A stretch of 63,966 nt of DNA, counting the filler, from Malassezia furfur (Eukaryota), in assembly GCA_052055015.1 (NCBI GenBank). It is 3 parts of 3 records of this genome, joined end to end, with 100 filler letters (N's around TTAATTAATTAA, not from the genome) between each part and the next. Parts side by side here need not be neighbours in the genome. Positions count along the whole stretch, not along the records: positions 1 to 24,890 come from JBQJIT010000138.1; 2 more parts are not named here. The stretch is one strand, 5' to 3'. The notes below the pieces were generated by a model. It searched no databases, was not told the DNA's origin, and worked only from the letters and a program-made list of their open reading frames with translations. Made by a program: the position numbers and the translations under genes. Shown here in pieces: positions 10,023 to 20,800 of this stretch; position 1 is the first letter of the stretch, and every line of letters begins with the position of its first letter.

Positions 10023-12314
10023 ATGAGCTGGTCGGCCAGTGGGCCGTCGAGCGCGGACGATGTGCGGCATGGCGACGCTGGCCAATCCGGCGGGCTGCCT
10101 GCGCCACTGGACGGCGGTGCAGAACCGGTGCAGGCAGCCGTCGTGCCCGTGCCCATGCCCGTGGCGCCTGCGCCCGCGCCCGTCGCGGCACCGTTCGGTG
10201 CTCCGACGGCGCCGCCAGTCGCATCAGACAGCACTGCGCCGCCCGTCGCCGTGGTTCCGCCGCCCGCCGTGCACAGTGATGCACCTGCCGCGCCTCCTGC
10301 TGCGCCACCCCCAGACGATGCAATGCACACGGATCCCATCGCGACTCCGGCGCCCGTCGCTGCTGCCCCCATCCCTCATGGCACAGGGCTGGTGTACGAT
10401 GTACGCATGATGCTGCATACCACGCCTGCTCCGGGCGAGACGCACCCCGAGCAGCCTGCTCGCATCGAGCGGATCTACACGCTGCTGGAACAGAATGGGT
10501 GTGTAGCGCGCATGATTCGTATCCCCGCGCGCGAAGCGCTGCGCTCCGAAGTCGCGCTTGTGCACGAGCCGTCGCTATGGGACGAGTTTGAGACGACGGT
10601 GCGCATGCCATTTGAGGAGCTCGTGGAGTACTCGCGCCAGCTCGAGGTGCGTGCGTCGCTGTACCTGAACGAGTACTCGACGATCAGCGCGCGCTTCTCG
10701 TGCGGCAGCGTGATCGAGATGTGTCATGCCGTCGCGAATCGGCGCGTGCGCAACGGCTTTGCACTCGTCCGCCCGCCGGGGCACCATGCCGAGCCGAACT
10801 GTGGCACCGGCTTCTGTCTGTACAACAACGTCGCGGTTGCGGCCACCTCCGTGCTGACCAACAGCCCGGCAAACGACCCGGTGCGCCGGATCCTGATTGT
10901 CGACTGGGACGTGCACCATGGGAATGGGACGCAGCGTGCGTTCTGGGACAACCCCAATGTGCTGTATGTGTCGCTGCACCGCTACGAGAACGGGACGTAC
11001 TACCCGGGCACGACGTACGGCAACTACGACCGCGTCGGAGGCCCGGCGGCACTCGGCAAATCGCTCAACATCCCATGGCCGTGCGGAGGCATGGGCGACG
11101 CCGACTACCTGCACGCGTTCCAGCGGTGCATTCTGCCCGTCGCCTACGAATTTGCGCCCGATATGGTCATTATCAGCGCGGGCTTTGACGCCGCCGAGGG
11201 CGACATGCTGGGCGGCTGCCATGTGTCGCCCGCCGGGTATGCGCACCTCACGCACCATCTTGCAGCGCTCGCCAACGGCCGGCTTGTCGTCGCACTTGAG
11301 GGTGGATACAACCTCGATGCGATCGCCAACTCGGCGCTCGCCGTAACGCGCGTCCTGCTCGACGAGCCGTTGCCCGTCCTGCCGGCAGGCCTGGCTTCCA
11401 GTACGGCGGGTGCCGACGCAGTGGCACGCACAGTGCGTGCTCAGGCGCCGTACTGGCGCAGTCTTGCGGTCGAGCAGGCATACATGCCGCCGAGCGGGCC
11501 AAGCCACACGGCGGGCGACGTGCTGGCCGCGCAGCGCAGCGCAGCACTCTGGTCGGCCCACCGCATGGTGTCGCTGCCACCCGTCCCGACGGAGCACATC
11601 GTCGCGAACCAGGTGGCCTGCAGCGCGACGCTCATGACGCAGGGCCTCGAGACGTTGCTGGTGTTTGTGCACGACAATGGCACGGTGCAGCTCGACGATG
11701 CCATCCTGCCCGGTGAGTATGCGCACGAGCCGGCGATGTATATGTCGGACAGCAGCGAGTTTGTTGCGCAGTGGGCCTCGGAGCGGGGCTTTGCGTGTGC
11801 CGACATGAATACCCGTGCATCGCTGCCCGTCCGCTCGCTGCGTAACCAGGACCGCGACCGCGCGCTCCCCCGCGCGAACGAGGCGGAGCTCAAGAGCCAG
11901 CTGGGTGCGCAGCTGCTCTACTTGTGGGACAACTTTTTCGCGCTCAGCCCCGCGAAGCATATTGTGCTCGTGGCCCACGGCACGGCATGCGACGCGATTG
12001 TGCACCTCATCTCGCGGCGCGTCGTCCAGGACCGCGTCGTGGCGATGATCCAGCTGATGGGCTACAATCCAATTCCGCTCGTGCCGAAACAACGGCAAGA
12101 ACTCAAAACATGGTACTACAAAAACTCGCTCGTTGTATGCCCCCACAACCACCCGCTCTATGCATGGGACGAGCAGTCGGCGTCGGGCAAGCGGCTTGGG
12201 CACACGGTGCGTGCCCGCGAGCCGCACGCGGCCAACCTGGTCCAGGCGGCGTGGCCCGAGGTCGAGGCGTTTATTGACACGAAGCTCAAGGCGCGGCGGT
12301 CAGTGCATGTATAG
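10023..12314 (+). CDS. HDA1: Class II histone deacetylase Hda1/Clr3 with C-terminal Arb2-like domain
   Basis: HDAC motifs HPEQPARI, RPPGHHA, GFCLYNNVA, DWDVHHGNGTQ, SAGFDAA, LEGGYNL; C-terminal YLWDNF segment. Confidence 0.93.
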   Translation: MSWSASGPSSADDVRHGDAGQSGGLPAPLDGGAEPVQAAVVPVPMPVAPAPAPVAAPFGAPTAPPVASDSTAPPVAVVPPPAVHSDAPAAPPAAPPPDDAMHTDPIATPAPVAAAPIPHGTGLVYDVRMMLHTTPAPGETHPEQPARIERIYTLLEQNGCVARMIRIPAREALRSEVALVHEPSLWDEFETTVRMPFEELVEYSRQLEVRASLYLNEYSTISARFSCGSVIEMCHAVANRRVRNGFALVRPPGHHAEPNCGTGFCLYNNVAVAATSVLTNSPANDPVRRILIVDWDVHHGNGTQRAFWDNPNVLYVSLHRYENGTYYPGTTYGNYDRVGGPAALGKSLNIPWPCGGMGDADYLHAFQRCILPVAYEFAPDMVIISAGFDAAEGDMLGGCHVSPAGYAHLTHHLAALANGRLVVALEGGYNLDAIANSALAVTRVLLDEPLPVLPAGLASSTAGADAVARTVRAQAPYWRSLAVEQAYMPPSGPSHTAGDVLAAQRSAALWSAHRMVSLPPVPTEHIVANQVACSATLMTQGLETLLVFVHDNGTVQLDDAILPGEYAHEPAMYMSDSSEFVAQWASERGFACADMNTRASLPVRSLRNQDRDRALPRANEAELKSQLGAQLLYLWDNFFALSPAKHIVLVAHGTACDAIVHLISRRVVQDRVVAMIQLMGYNPIPLVPKQRQELKTWYYKNSLVVCPHNHPLYAWDEQSASGKRLGHTVRAREPHAANLVQAAWPEVEAFIDTKLKARRSVHV

Positions 12315-12336
12315 GAGGTAGGCGATCGGTGCTATG

Positions 12337-13641
12337 TCACGACTCGGGCTCAGCCTTGATGTGGTGCGAAGAAGACGCTTCCGATTGGGGCGTTGCATGT
12401 GCCGAGGGAGACGACTCGGTCTTGACCGATGCCTGCGGCGGGGAAGCCGCCTCGGTCTTGACGGGGCGTGGCGGCTGGGTATCGGACGACGAGGGATCCG
12501 CATGGCCGGCATCCGCCGCATGCGCCTCCTGCTTGACCTCGCTCATCTCGTGCGGCATGCCTTCCTCGTCCTTCGGCCACGCAAATGGCACCGAGTCGCG
12601 GCGCAGGTCGAGGATCTTGTCGAGGTAGAGGGTCGCGCGTTTGCCCCACTCGCCGTGCGTCTCGGGACGGAACTCGGTGTAGAGGCGATAGGCCTCCTTC
12701 TCGAGCGTGTCTGCTGAGTGGTCGGCCTGTGAGTCCTTTGTGGCCCACGTATGATCCATGTATGAGCTAGCAAGCAGCATCATGGCGCCCATGACCTCGG
12801 GCAGCATCTGCAGCATCGACTTGCGCAGGTAGGTGAACGCACGCTCTGGCTCCACGATCTCGCCGTTGTGCAGCGCCCGGTAGGTGCCGGAGCGCAAACA
12901 GATCACCGGGATCGACACGCCCATAAACGTAATGTGTGGTTGGTTCTGGCTCACAGACGGCTTTTCGCCTCCGGGCGCTGCGCGTCCGATCGACACAGCG
13001 CGCGCATGCGCCGTGCGTCCGACGTAGTTCTGTGCAATACTCAGCGCCTCTGGCGTGGTGAAGCCCATGTATTGCAGCACGACGACGCACCATGCCGTCA
13101 TCACCGGCGCACGGTTCACCACGACATGCCGGCCCCGCAGCGCCTTTTCGTCGGTGACGGGATGGAAGAGGAAGTCTTTGGGCTCCTCGGTTGGGGCCTG
13201 TGGCGCATCACCCCAGTCGCGGCGGACGGCCTCGTTCCGTTGCCGCTTCTTTTGGTGGCCCGCGCGCTCCTCGGCGGTGAGGCCGACATATTCCGTGTCT
13301 GCACTCGCCGATCCGAGCGTGTGGAGCACCTGGACCAGCTTGTCGCGGCTCGAAGCCGTGCCGATCCCGAGTTCTTCGAGCTCTGGTGCGGATACGCGGC
13401 TCAGGCGTGCGCGCGTCGTGCACTTGCCTTGCGCCAGCCGGCGGACGGTGTGCATGGCGTCGACGACGCTTTGGCCACCCATCGTGTGCAGAGCGTGGAT
13501 CAGGCGCGGCATCTCGAGCACTTCGTCGCCATCACTGCGCTGTGTCTCTTTGCGCTTCGTGGGCCTCCCCGAGGCTGCACGTACGCGCTGGAGGAGCGCC
13601 GCAGCGCGCTCCTCGTGCGTCTTCTCCCGCGGTGGCGGCAT
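12337..13641 (-). CDS. Conserved fungal hypothetical protein with possible SAM-like N-terminal motif
   Basis: 434-aa ORF with coding-like codon use. LSRVSAPELEELGIGTASSRDKL resembles a SAM motif. Globular C-terminal part VVVNRAPVMTAW...LYTEFRPETHGEWGKRATL. Confidence 0.7.
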   Translation of the reverse strand: MPPPREKTHEERAAALLQRVRAASGRPTKRKETQRSDGDEVLEMPRLIHALHTMGGQSVVDAMHTVRRLAQGKCTTRARLSRVSAPELEELGIGTASSRDKLVQVLHTLGSASADTEYVGLTAEERAGHQKKRQRNEAVRRDWGDAPQAPTEEPKDFLFHPVTDEKALRGRHVVVNRAPVMTAWCVVVLQYMGFTTPEALSIAQNYVGRTAHARAVSIGRAAPGGEKPSVSQNQPHITFMGVSIPVICLRSGTYRALHNGEIVEPERAFTYLRKSMLQMLPEVMGAMMLLASSYMDHTWATKDSQADHSADTLEKEAYRLYTEFRPETHGEWGKRATLYLDKILDLRRDSVPFAWPKDEEGMPHEMSEVKQEAHAADAGHADPSSSDTQPPRPVKTEAASPPQASVKTESSPSAHATPQSEASSSHHIKAEPES

Positions 13642-13675
13642 CGCGCAAGGGCCACCTTACGTCAGCACAACGTCG

Positions 13676-14675
13676 ATGGCCGTGACGGGGTAGGTGGAAC
13701 GACTCACGCAGAACGGCGCGCATCCCGACGTTCGGCCCGAACGCGCTCGGATCGGTGGCCACCCATCTGCAGACGCAGCACGATGCACAACCCATGGGCC
13801 CCTGGCGTCTGCGGTTCCGCCCGTTCCGCACCGTGCGCGGCTCTCACTCCGCGGAGCATACCAAGGGCTTGCGCTCCGACGTACCCGACGAGTCGCGCCG
13901 GCAGCGGCGCGTCATGTGGGAGATGACGGATGCCGCACACCCACAAGCCGTGTTTCTTCTGTTTGAGGATGCCGCAATGCCGACGCGTGCCGAGATCCAC
14001 GGCGACCAGCAACCCAAAAGCAGCCGATGGCACAGCCATGTTGTGAGCACCGACTTTGCGACGCTGCTCCGGCATACGAATTTGCCCGGTCCGCTGGGGA
14101 CTCCGCCGGGCACTCTGGGACCCGGCGCATGGATCCAGCGCGGGGCCAACATTGCGTTTGACGGCATGTCCTTCCACATCCGCCTCGCGCAGCCGCATGC
14201 GACGCTGCTTGGCACCGTGTCGGAGCAGAACGAGTGCATCTTGAACATCGGCAATGTGATTGTGGGTGCAGACCGCGTCGTCGGTGGGATCGTCGAGATC
14301 CAGTACACACCGCTCGAGCGCCTCGCGCCCAACTCGACGCTGCTGGGCTCGCTGCTGATGGAGCTGCTGCCACCGCACCTCGTGCCTCTCCTGACACCCG
14401 TGCCTGCTCTGCCGCACGAGTCGCTTATGTTGCCAAGTACGGCGTCGCTACGGACGGTGCTGGCACCGTCCCAACTCGAAGAGGTCGTGCCGGCTAGTAT
14501 GGACGAATGGCGGCACCCGGCGCAGTCACAACCATCGATGAATCCCGATGCGTTCCCTGCATGGGAACCGGAGCCGGGCTATGTACCCGACGCGCTTGGA
14601 TGGAGCGGCGTCGAGGCACGGCGCCGCATGGCGTTTGTCTACCTAACCATGCTGCGCTCTGAAGGCCTCGCATAG
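13676..14675 (+). CDS. MED20: Mediator subunit Med20/Srb2-like; intron 13690-13711 (22 nt)
   Basis: Spliced start MAVTGTARIP. The pattern WRLRFRPF...WIQRGANIAFDG...LNIGNV...GGIVEIQYTP resembles Med20. Confidence 0.6.
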
Positions 14676-14948
14676 GCTCTGGGTGCGCATCTTCCACGCT
14701 ATGGATCGCAATGATGTGCACCTCTACGTACCCAGGCGTGCGCTGTACCCGTCCATAGCGCGACAACGATACCCACGCGACAGCGGCCCTTGCGATCACC
14801 GCGCACATGGCGAGCACGCTCCGCGAGCCCCTTGCGCCGCGCGCCGCGTCCTGTTCACGTGCGGTGGCCCAATTAAACCGCGGCGCGCCTCCACCGCAGC
14901 ACGCGTGCCAGCTCGTAGTCGGACGCGCGCCTCGCTCTCCCTTCAGCG

Positions 14949-16795
14949 ATGAGCACGGGAAGTGCTCGCGCTGGACGCGCCGTCCTCCTCAAAGGACCGA
15001 CGCTCAACTCGAAAGTCTTCTTCACAGCGCTGCCAGACCGCTTCGAGGTACGTGACGTGGGCTGATCCAGGACTTGCTCGCCAAGGCGCGCGAACTTTTC
15101 CCAGTCCCGGCAGACTGCACACCGCAGCTGTTTGTCGCATGCCCCTCGTCGGTGGGCACAGCAAGTAGCGAGCAGCGCGGCGCCATCCTTCTTGCTGATG
15201 CGATGCCGTTTCTGCGCGACCGCGAGCTGCTGACGCTCCGGTGGACCGCGACGGATTCGCCCGCCCGCGAGGCCAATGCGCGTGTGCAGTGGGATCCCAA
15301 GCTACCGGCACTCGAGAGCACCCGCGCGGCAAACATGGCGCCTGTATGGCGTGGTCCCCAGGCGCGTGCCGCACACGTCGCGCGCGTTCTGGAGCGCGAG
15401 CGAAACTACGCCGAGGAGTGGACGGACAATCTGCGCAAGCCGATCGTCACCCGCCCCGAGCCCAGTATGTTTGGCAAGCCGCTTGCCACGCAGAAGCGCG
15501 AGCCCATGTCTCCGCCGCCAAGCTCGCCGACAGCCTCGCCCGAGCATCCGGCAGAAGTAAGCACGGCCGAGGCACCGGCGTCGCCGACGCCGCAGCGCAC
15601 ACAGGATGTGTCGCCGGCGCCGCTCGTATGGAAAGCGCCTGAAGGGCCCACGACGCCGCCGCATGCCGACCTCGATCCGATGCAGGATATGCCGGGCCTG
15701 TCGCGCCTGGGCGCGCTGTGTGCACGCCTCAACCCGTTTGGTCGAGGCACACCGCAAAAAGACACGCCGATGTCGCAGACCCCGGCGCCGACCACTGCCG
15801 TGCTGACGCCCAAGATGCCCGAGAGCACGGCCAAGCCCGATGTGGCAAAGGAGGCGCGACAAGCGCCGAAATCGCGCACCAGGCCCCTCGCGATCCCCGA
15901 CATGGCTCCTATGGAGGGTGCGGCGGCCTACGAAGTGGTCACGCAGGTGCTGGCTGCTGTGCGTGAACACCCATGTGCGATGCAGTTCCGCTCGCCGATG
16001 CCGTATGAGCTCCGGCGGTTCTGTGAGCGCCGCGGACGTGTGCTCGATCTGAACACCATTGCGGCGCGGGTAGCCAAGCGCGATTTCGGACATACACCGC
16101 TCGTGCGCTTTGCGGAAGAACTCGCGACCTATCTCGATAATGTGGTCGCGTTCTACGGCGAGCACAGCTACCAGACGCATGCGGCGATGGGTCTTGGCAA
16201 GTTTGCTGAGACGCTTCTCAAAGAGCTCTCGCGCCAGAAGCCGTCGGAGAAGCGTAGTGCGCCGCGGACCGACAATGCCTCGGACGACGCAGCGGCCGAG
16301 GACAAGAGCGAGGCGCCTGAGACGCCGGTACCTGCGTCTGGTGCCGCAGCCGAGGACAAGCAGATGACGAGCGACAAAGAGACGGCCCCCGCCAAGGAGC
16401 CGACCGAGCGACCGGCGCCTGCCGCGTCCGCACCGCCGGCCAAGCGCGATGCGCCGGCCAAGCGCGACACTTCGGCCCCCACGAGGGCGCGTGCAGCGAC
16501 CAAGCCGAGCAGCACCGATGTCTTTGACGACCTGGCGCCCGCCAAGCCGGCTGGCAGGAAGGGTGCACGTGCCAAGCCGGCGGCCAAACCGGCGGCGTCC
16601 GATGCCTCGAGCGCCACGCCTGCGCCCGCTGCCGAGGCGCCGGCAGAGGACGCTGCGGCTAAGAAGACAGGTGCGTTGGTGCCGTCAAGTGACGCGGGAA
16701 CCGACCTCCTGCCCGCCGGCGGCAAGCGTCGTGCCACGGCGGCGGCGCAGCCCGTAGCGAAGCGCACACGGCGTTCGTCGCGTGTAAAGACGTAG
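14949..16795 (+). CDS. Hypothetical protein with a degenerate bromodomain; intron 15048-15070 (23 nt)
   Basis: A 33-codon first exon splices in frame to ORF 15074..16795. Bromodomain-like helices VLAAVREHPCAMQFRSP...LDLNTIAARV...FAEELATYLDNVVAFYG; basic C-terminus (KRTRRSSR). Confidence 0.7.
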
Positions 16796-16829
16796 AAGGA
16801 CGTCGATTGTACAGTACAGGAGGCTACGA

Positions 16830-17759
16830 CTAGAGCTCGGCAAGGATCATGGTGCCCAAGCTCTGCACGATCTGGTTGCCCATCGACGACTCCACGGCGT
16901 CCTCCAAGTGGCGCTTGGGGTCCTGCTTGCCAACATAGTGCGTCTTTTTCTCTTCCGCGGTGAGCTCCGACTCCTCCTTGACCGACTTCTGGTAGTCTTC
17001 GGCGAGTTTGAGCATCGACTTGGCCGCCGCCTCGTTCTGGTGCTTGTGCTCCTGGAAGTCGTTGAGGCGCAGGCCGTCGGCCCACGAACTCTTGTGCAGG
17101 TTGCCCAGCATCGCCTGCTCGAGTTCCGTCTTTTTGTACCCGATCGCAATCGAGTAGTAGTGGCGGTTGAGGCCGTGGATGAGCGACTGGATCGACGGCT
17201 TGTTGAGGTGGCCAATGTTGCTCGTCGTCTGCCGCGGCTCCTGACCCAGCATCACCGTGGACGGGTTGATCAGGCGGAACGCATCGATCACGACCTTGCC
17301 CTTGACGGACTGGATTGGGTCCACGACAATCGCGACCGCGCGCGGGTTGAGCTGCTCAAACGACTGCTGCGTGTTGATATCGACGCTGGAGAGCCAGCAC
17401 CCAAAGCCCGGGTGCGAGTGGTACCACCCCACGACCACCTCGGAGCGGCCGGTCTGCTTGAGCATGTCGAGCATCTTGGTCTGGAACACGGGGTCCACCG
17501 CCTCGACACTCACACCGGTACCCGACTGGGGCATGGCGAACACGTCCACGACCGACACGGTGTAGTCGTCGACGATCGTGCCGAGTAGGAGGCCCATGAC
17601 CTCCATCGGGACGCCGGCGCGCCCGTGCTTGAGCATCTTGAGCAGCGCCAGGCTGCTGATATATACGGTCTCTGCGTTGTCCTGCTGCGGCACGTCGCCC
17701 TGCGGTGCGCCCGCCGAGGCGCCGAGGCGCGCCTGGTTCATCAGCGCTTGGATGTCCAT
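16830..17759 (-). CDS. RPN11: 26S proteasome lid deubiquitinase Rpn11
   Basis: [28 protein letters not shown] and JAMM motif [17 protein letters not shown]. Confidence 0.98.
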   Translation of the reverse strand: MDIQALMNQARLGASAGAPQGDVPQQDNAETVYISSLALLKMLKHGRAGVPMEVMGLLLGTIVDDYTVSVVDVFAMPQSGTGVSVEAVDPVFQTKMLDMLKQTGRSEVVVGWYHSHPGFGCWLSSVDINTQQSFEQLNPRAVAIVVDPIQSVKGKVVIDAFRLINPSTVMLGQEPRQTTSNIGHLNKPSIQSLIHGLNRHYYSIAIGYKKTELEQAMLGNLHKSSWADGLRLNDFQEHKHQNEAAAKSMLKLAEDYQKSVKEESELTAEEKKTHYVGKQDPKRHLEDAVESSMGNQIVQSLGTMILAEL

Positions 17760-17804
17760 GGTGGGCTGGGAAGCCGCGCGTCCGGTGGCTAGAATGACTA
17801 AGCA

Positions 17805-20800
17805 CTACGAAGGCGCCCCCACTTCGCCCGCACGCGCGCCGAGCGCGTGGAGGCGGCGGGCGAGGGCGTCGCGCAGCGGCTGCGCGCCGCTCGCATCGGG
17901 GTCGGTGGTGAGGAGCGCGTCAAAGAGCGAGTAGGGCAGGCACGACACGGGCTGCGCAGACGATGTGCGCGCCGCAGTGATGGTGCGGTCCACGACGTGC
18001 GTCGCATACGTCAGCGCCAGCGCCCGTGCGCCATGCCGCAAAAAGACGCGCAGGAGCAGGTCGGGCCCGTGCTGCGTGAACCAGTCGCGCAGCCATGCCG
18101 GCGCTACGTCCCACGCATCGAGCGCGACGAGGCGATCGGCGAGAGCAGTGCGGTACTGTGCCGCCTGCGCCCCGCTCGCCGCGGCGTCCGCCAGGTCGAG
18201 CTGCAGGCGCACGTAGCGCCATGCACGCTCGTGTGCCGGCCCAGACCAGCCGACAGCGCGTGATGAGTTGCGCAGAAATGCGGCGTGCACGTCTGCTCCC
18301 TCTTCGTCGTCCGCGGTAAGCTGCGCAAGCGCCGCATCGGGCGTGTCGGCGTCGAGGTCGAGACGCTTGCGCCGCGCCTCATCGGCGCGCTGAAGCGCGA
18401 CGCACTTGTGCGCGAGCGCGTCAAACGCGTTGCGCAGGTCGACGTGCAGCTGGAGCGCCGTCGCGAAGGCCGCATCCACGTCGTCAGCCGCGAGGAACAG
18501 GTTGACCGCGTCGTCGGCGCGCAGCGACGCCGACGGATTGGCCAGCTCGGGGTAGAGCCGCATCAGTTCGAGACGCGCGAGCAGGTGGTGGTACTCGCGG
18601 CGCACGTCGGCCAGCTGCACGATCTTGAGGGGGTGTGCGTGTGCGCCAAGGCGCTCACGGGGAAGGTACGACGTGATGCCGCCCGGCAGCGCGCGGCCAG
18701 CGGCGGCGTGCGCAGAGAGGGATTCGTCGCCTGCGCCCTCGTCTGCGTCGTGCATCGCATGCGCAAACCACGCGTGCGGCGCGGGGAGGAGCACAAGCGC
18801 ATTGATCGCCGCGAGGTCGCACTGCGCCTCACGCACGAGCAGTGCGCGCGCTTGGTGGACGTCGGTGGCTGACGCCACGAGCGCCGCGTCGCGCAGCCGG
18901 CGCGCCTGCTGGTACATGGATGCCGCGGCACTCTTGTAGTCGCCGCGCGCGATGTGGTACGCGTACAGGATCTGGAAGTAGTTGGGCGTGCTGAGCGGCG
19001 CGGCGTTGCGCGCCTTGAAGCTCAGCACGCGCTCCACGCGCGGCTGCAGCTCGCCGAGGTGGAGGCGGAGCAGCTCCGCAAGCGCGCCGGCCTCGCACAG
19101 CGCGGTGACGAGCGTTTGGAGGCACACCTCGCGCAGCTCCTCAGCGGGAATCGCGAGCAGCGTCGCGGCTGCCGCGTCGTACCGCGCGAGGCCGAGCTGC
19201 CCACGGAATACGTGCGAGTAGAGCTGCTGGGCGTCGGCGTCGTCGAGCGCGTCCGGCGCGTCGTGCAGCGCATCGAGCGCACGCTGGTAGCAGTGCAGCG
19301 CGCCAGCGAGGTCGCCGGCCGCCTCCCAGTACGGCGCGGCGCTCGTGAAGAAGACGATGCGCTGGGCGCTCGGCCGCGCCTCAGCGACGCGCGCAGGCAG
19401 CACCGCCAGCAGCCGCTTGCGCTCGTCGGCGCGCGTGCTGCTGAGTACCGCAGCGATGCGCGCAAGCCGACCCAGCGCGACCTCGCACTGCGCCCCCTGC
19501 GTCTCGGCGAGAGCCACGAGGTACGACGCAGCGGCGTCCGACGTGTACACGGCAAGCACCGCACGCACCGCCGACGGGAAGCCGGCGTCCAGCAGGTGTC
19601 GTGCGATGCGCAGCACCGCCGGCGGCGCGCACGTCCCGCTCGCCGGCAGCGTGCCGAGCGCGAGCTCCAGGACGTCGTCGCGTACGCCGCATGTGAGCGC
19701 GCCGCGCTGTGCGAGCGCGTGCAAAAGGTGCATTGCCGGCCGCACATCGTCGGCACTCGAGTCGAGACGCAGGTTGTGCAGCGACGCCACCGCCTCGGTT
19801 TCCACCGCCGCAGTCGTCTCAGGCACGCCGCCGATAGTGACGAGCGAGTGCAGCGCCTCGGCGTGCATCCATGCACGCACCGCGGCATGTAGCGAGCGCT
19901 CGAGCGGCGGGTGGTGCTGGGCATGCCGCAGGAGCGCCGCGTGCAACACAATCACGGCGCGGAGCGCATGCACACGCGCCGTAATCACCTCGGCGGCGCC
20001 CTCGGCGCCCAGCGTGGTGCCGAGCGTGCCGACGCGCGGCGCATCGCGGTGCGACAGAGGCGCAGTCAGTAGCTCGGTCAGGGCAAACAGCTCGTGCACA
20101 AACGTGTCGGGGCCCACCGTCGCGACGCGCGCGTGCAGCCGCTCGAGAGCGGGCGCAGGGACGTGCGTGTCGACCGCATCGTACAGTGCGTCCGCCTCGT
20201 CGCGCACGACGCCCGCGATCTCGGTGCGCCATGTGTGTGCCGAGGTGCGGAGCAGCTCCCACGCGCACGTCGCGGTCTGGAGCAGCGCAAGCTTGTGCTC
20301 GCGCACGGGCGTGTATGCGCCCTCGGTGCCATTGTGCGTGAGGTCGTGCACGACCAGCGCAAACTCGGCACTGGCGGCCTCGCCCTGTGTGCGCGACACG
20401 GCGCGCTCGGGGTACTGCGTCGCGGCTGCAAGCTTTTGTGCGAGGTCGGTGAGCCACGTGGCGGGGTCCTTAGCGAGCACCGCGCCGAGCGTGTGCCGCA
20501 TGACGAGCAGCGGCGCGCGTGTCGCGTCGTGCACGTACAGCCCAAGCGGCCAGCGCGCGCTGCGGTCGATCTGCTCGGCGAGGCGCGCGAGGCGCAGCCA
20601 TGCGCCGCGCACCGCTTCGCCCCACGCCGCGGCGTCGTCCTGCGGCGCAAGCGCCCCAGGGACGCCGGTGACGAGCGCCTCGAGCAGGCGCACGCGGTTC
20701 GTGGGCCGCGCGAGCTCGCGGAAGGCGGCATCGGGCAACGCCGCGTATGCTCGCAGCGCAGCCGCGAGGGTCATGGTGCTGAAGCGCCCGGGCACACTCA

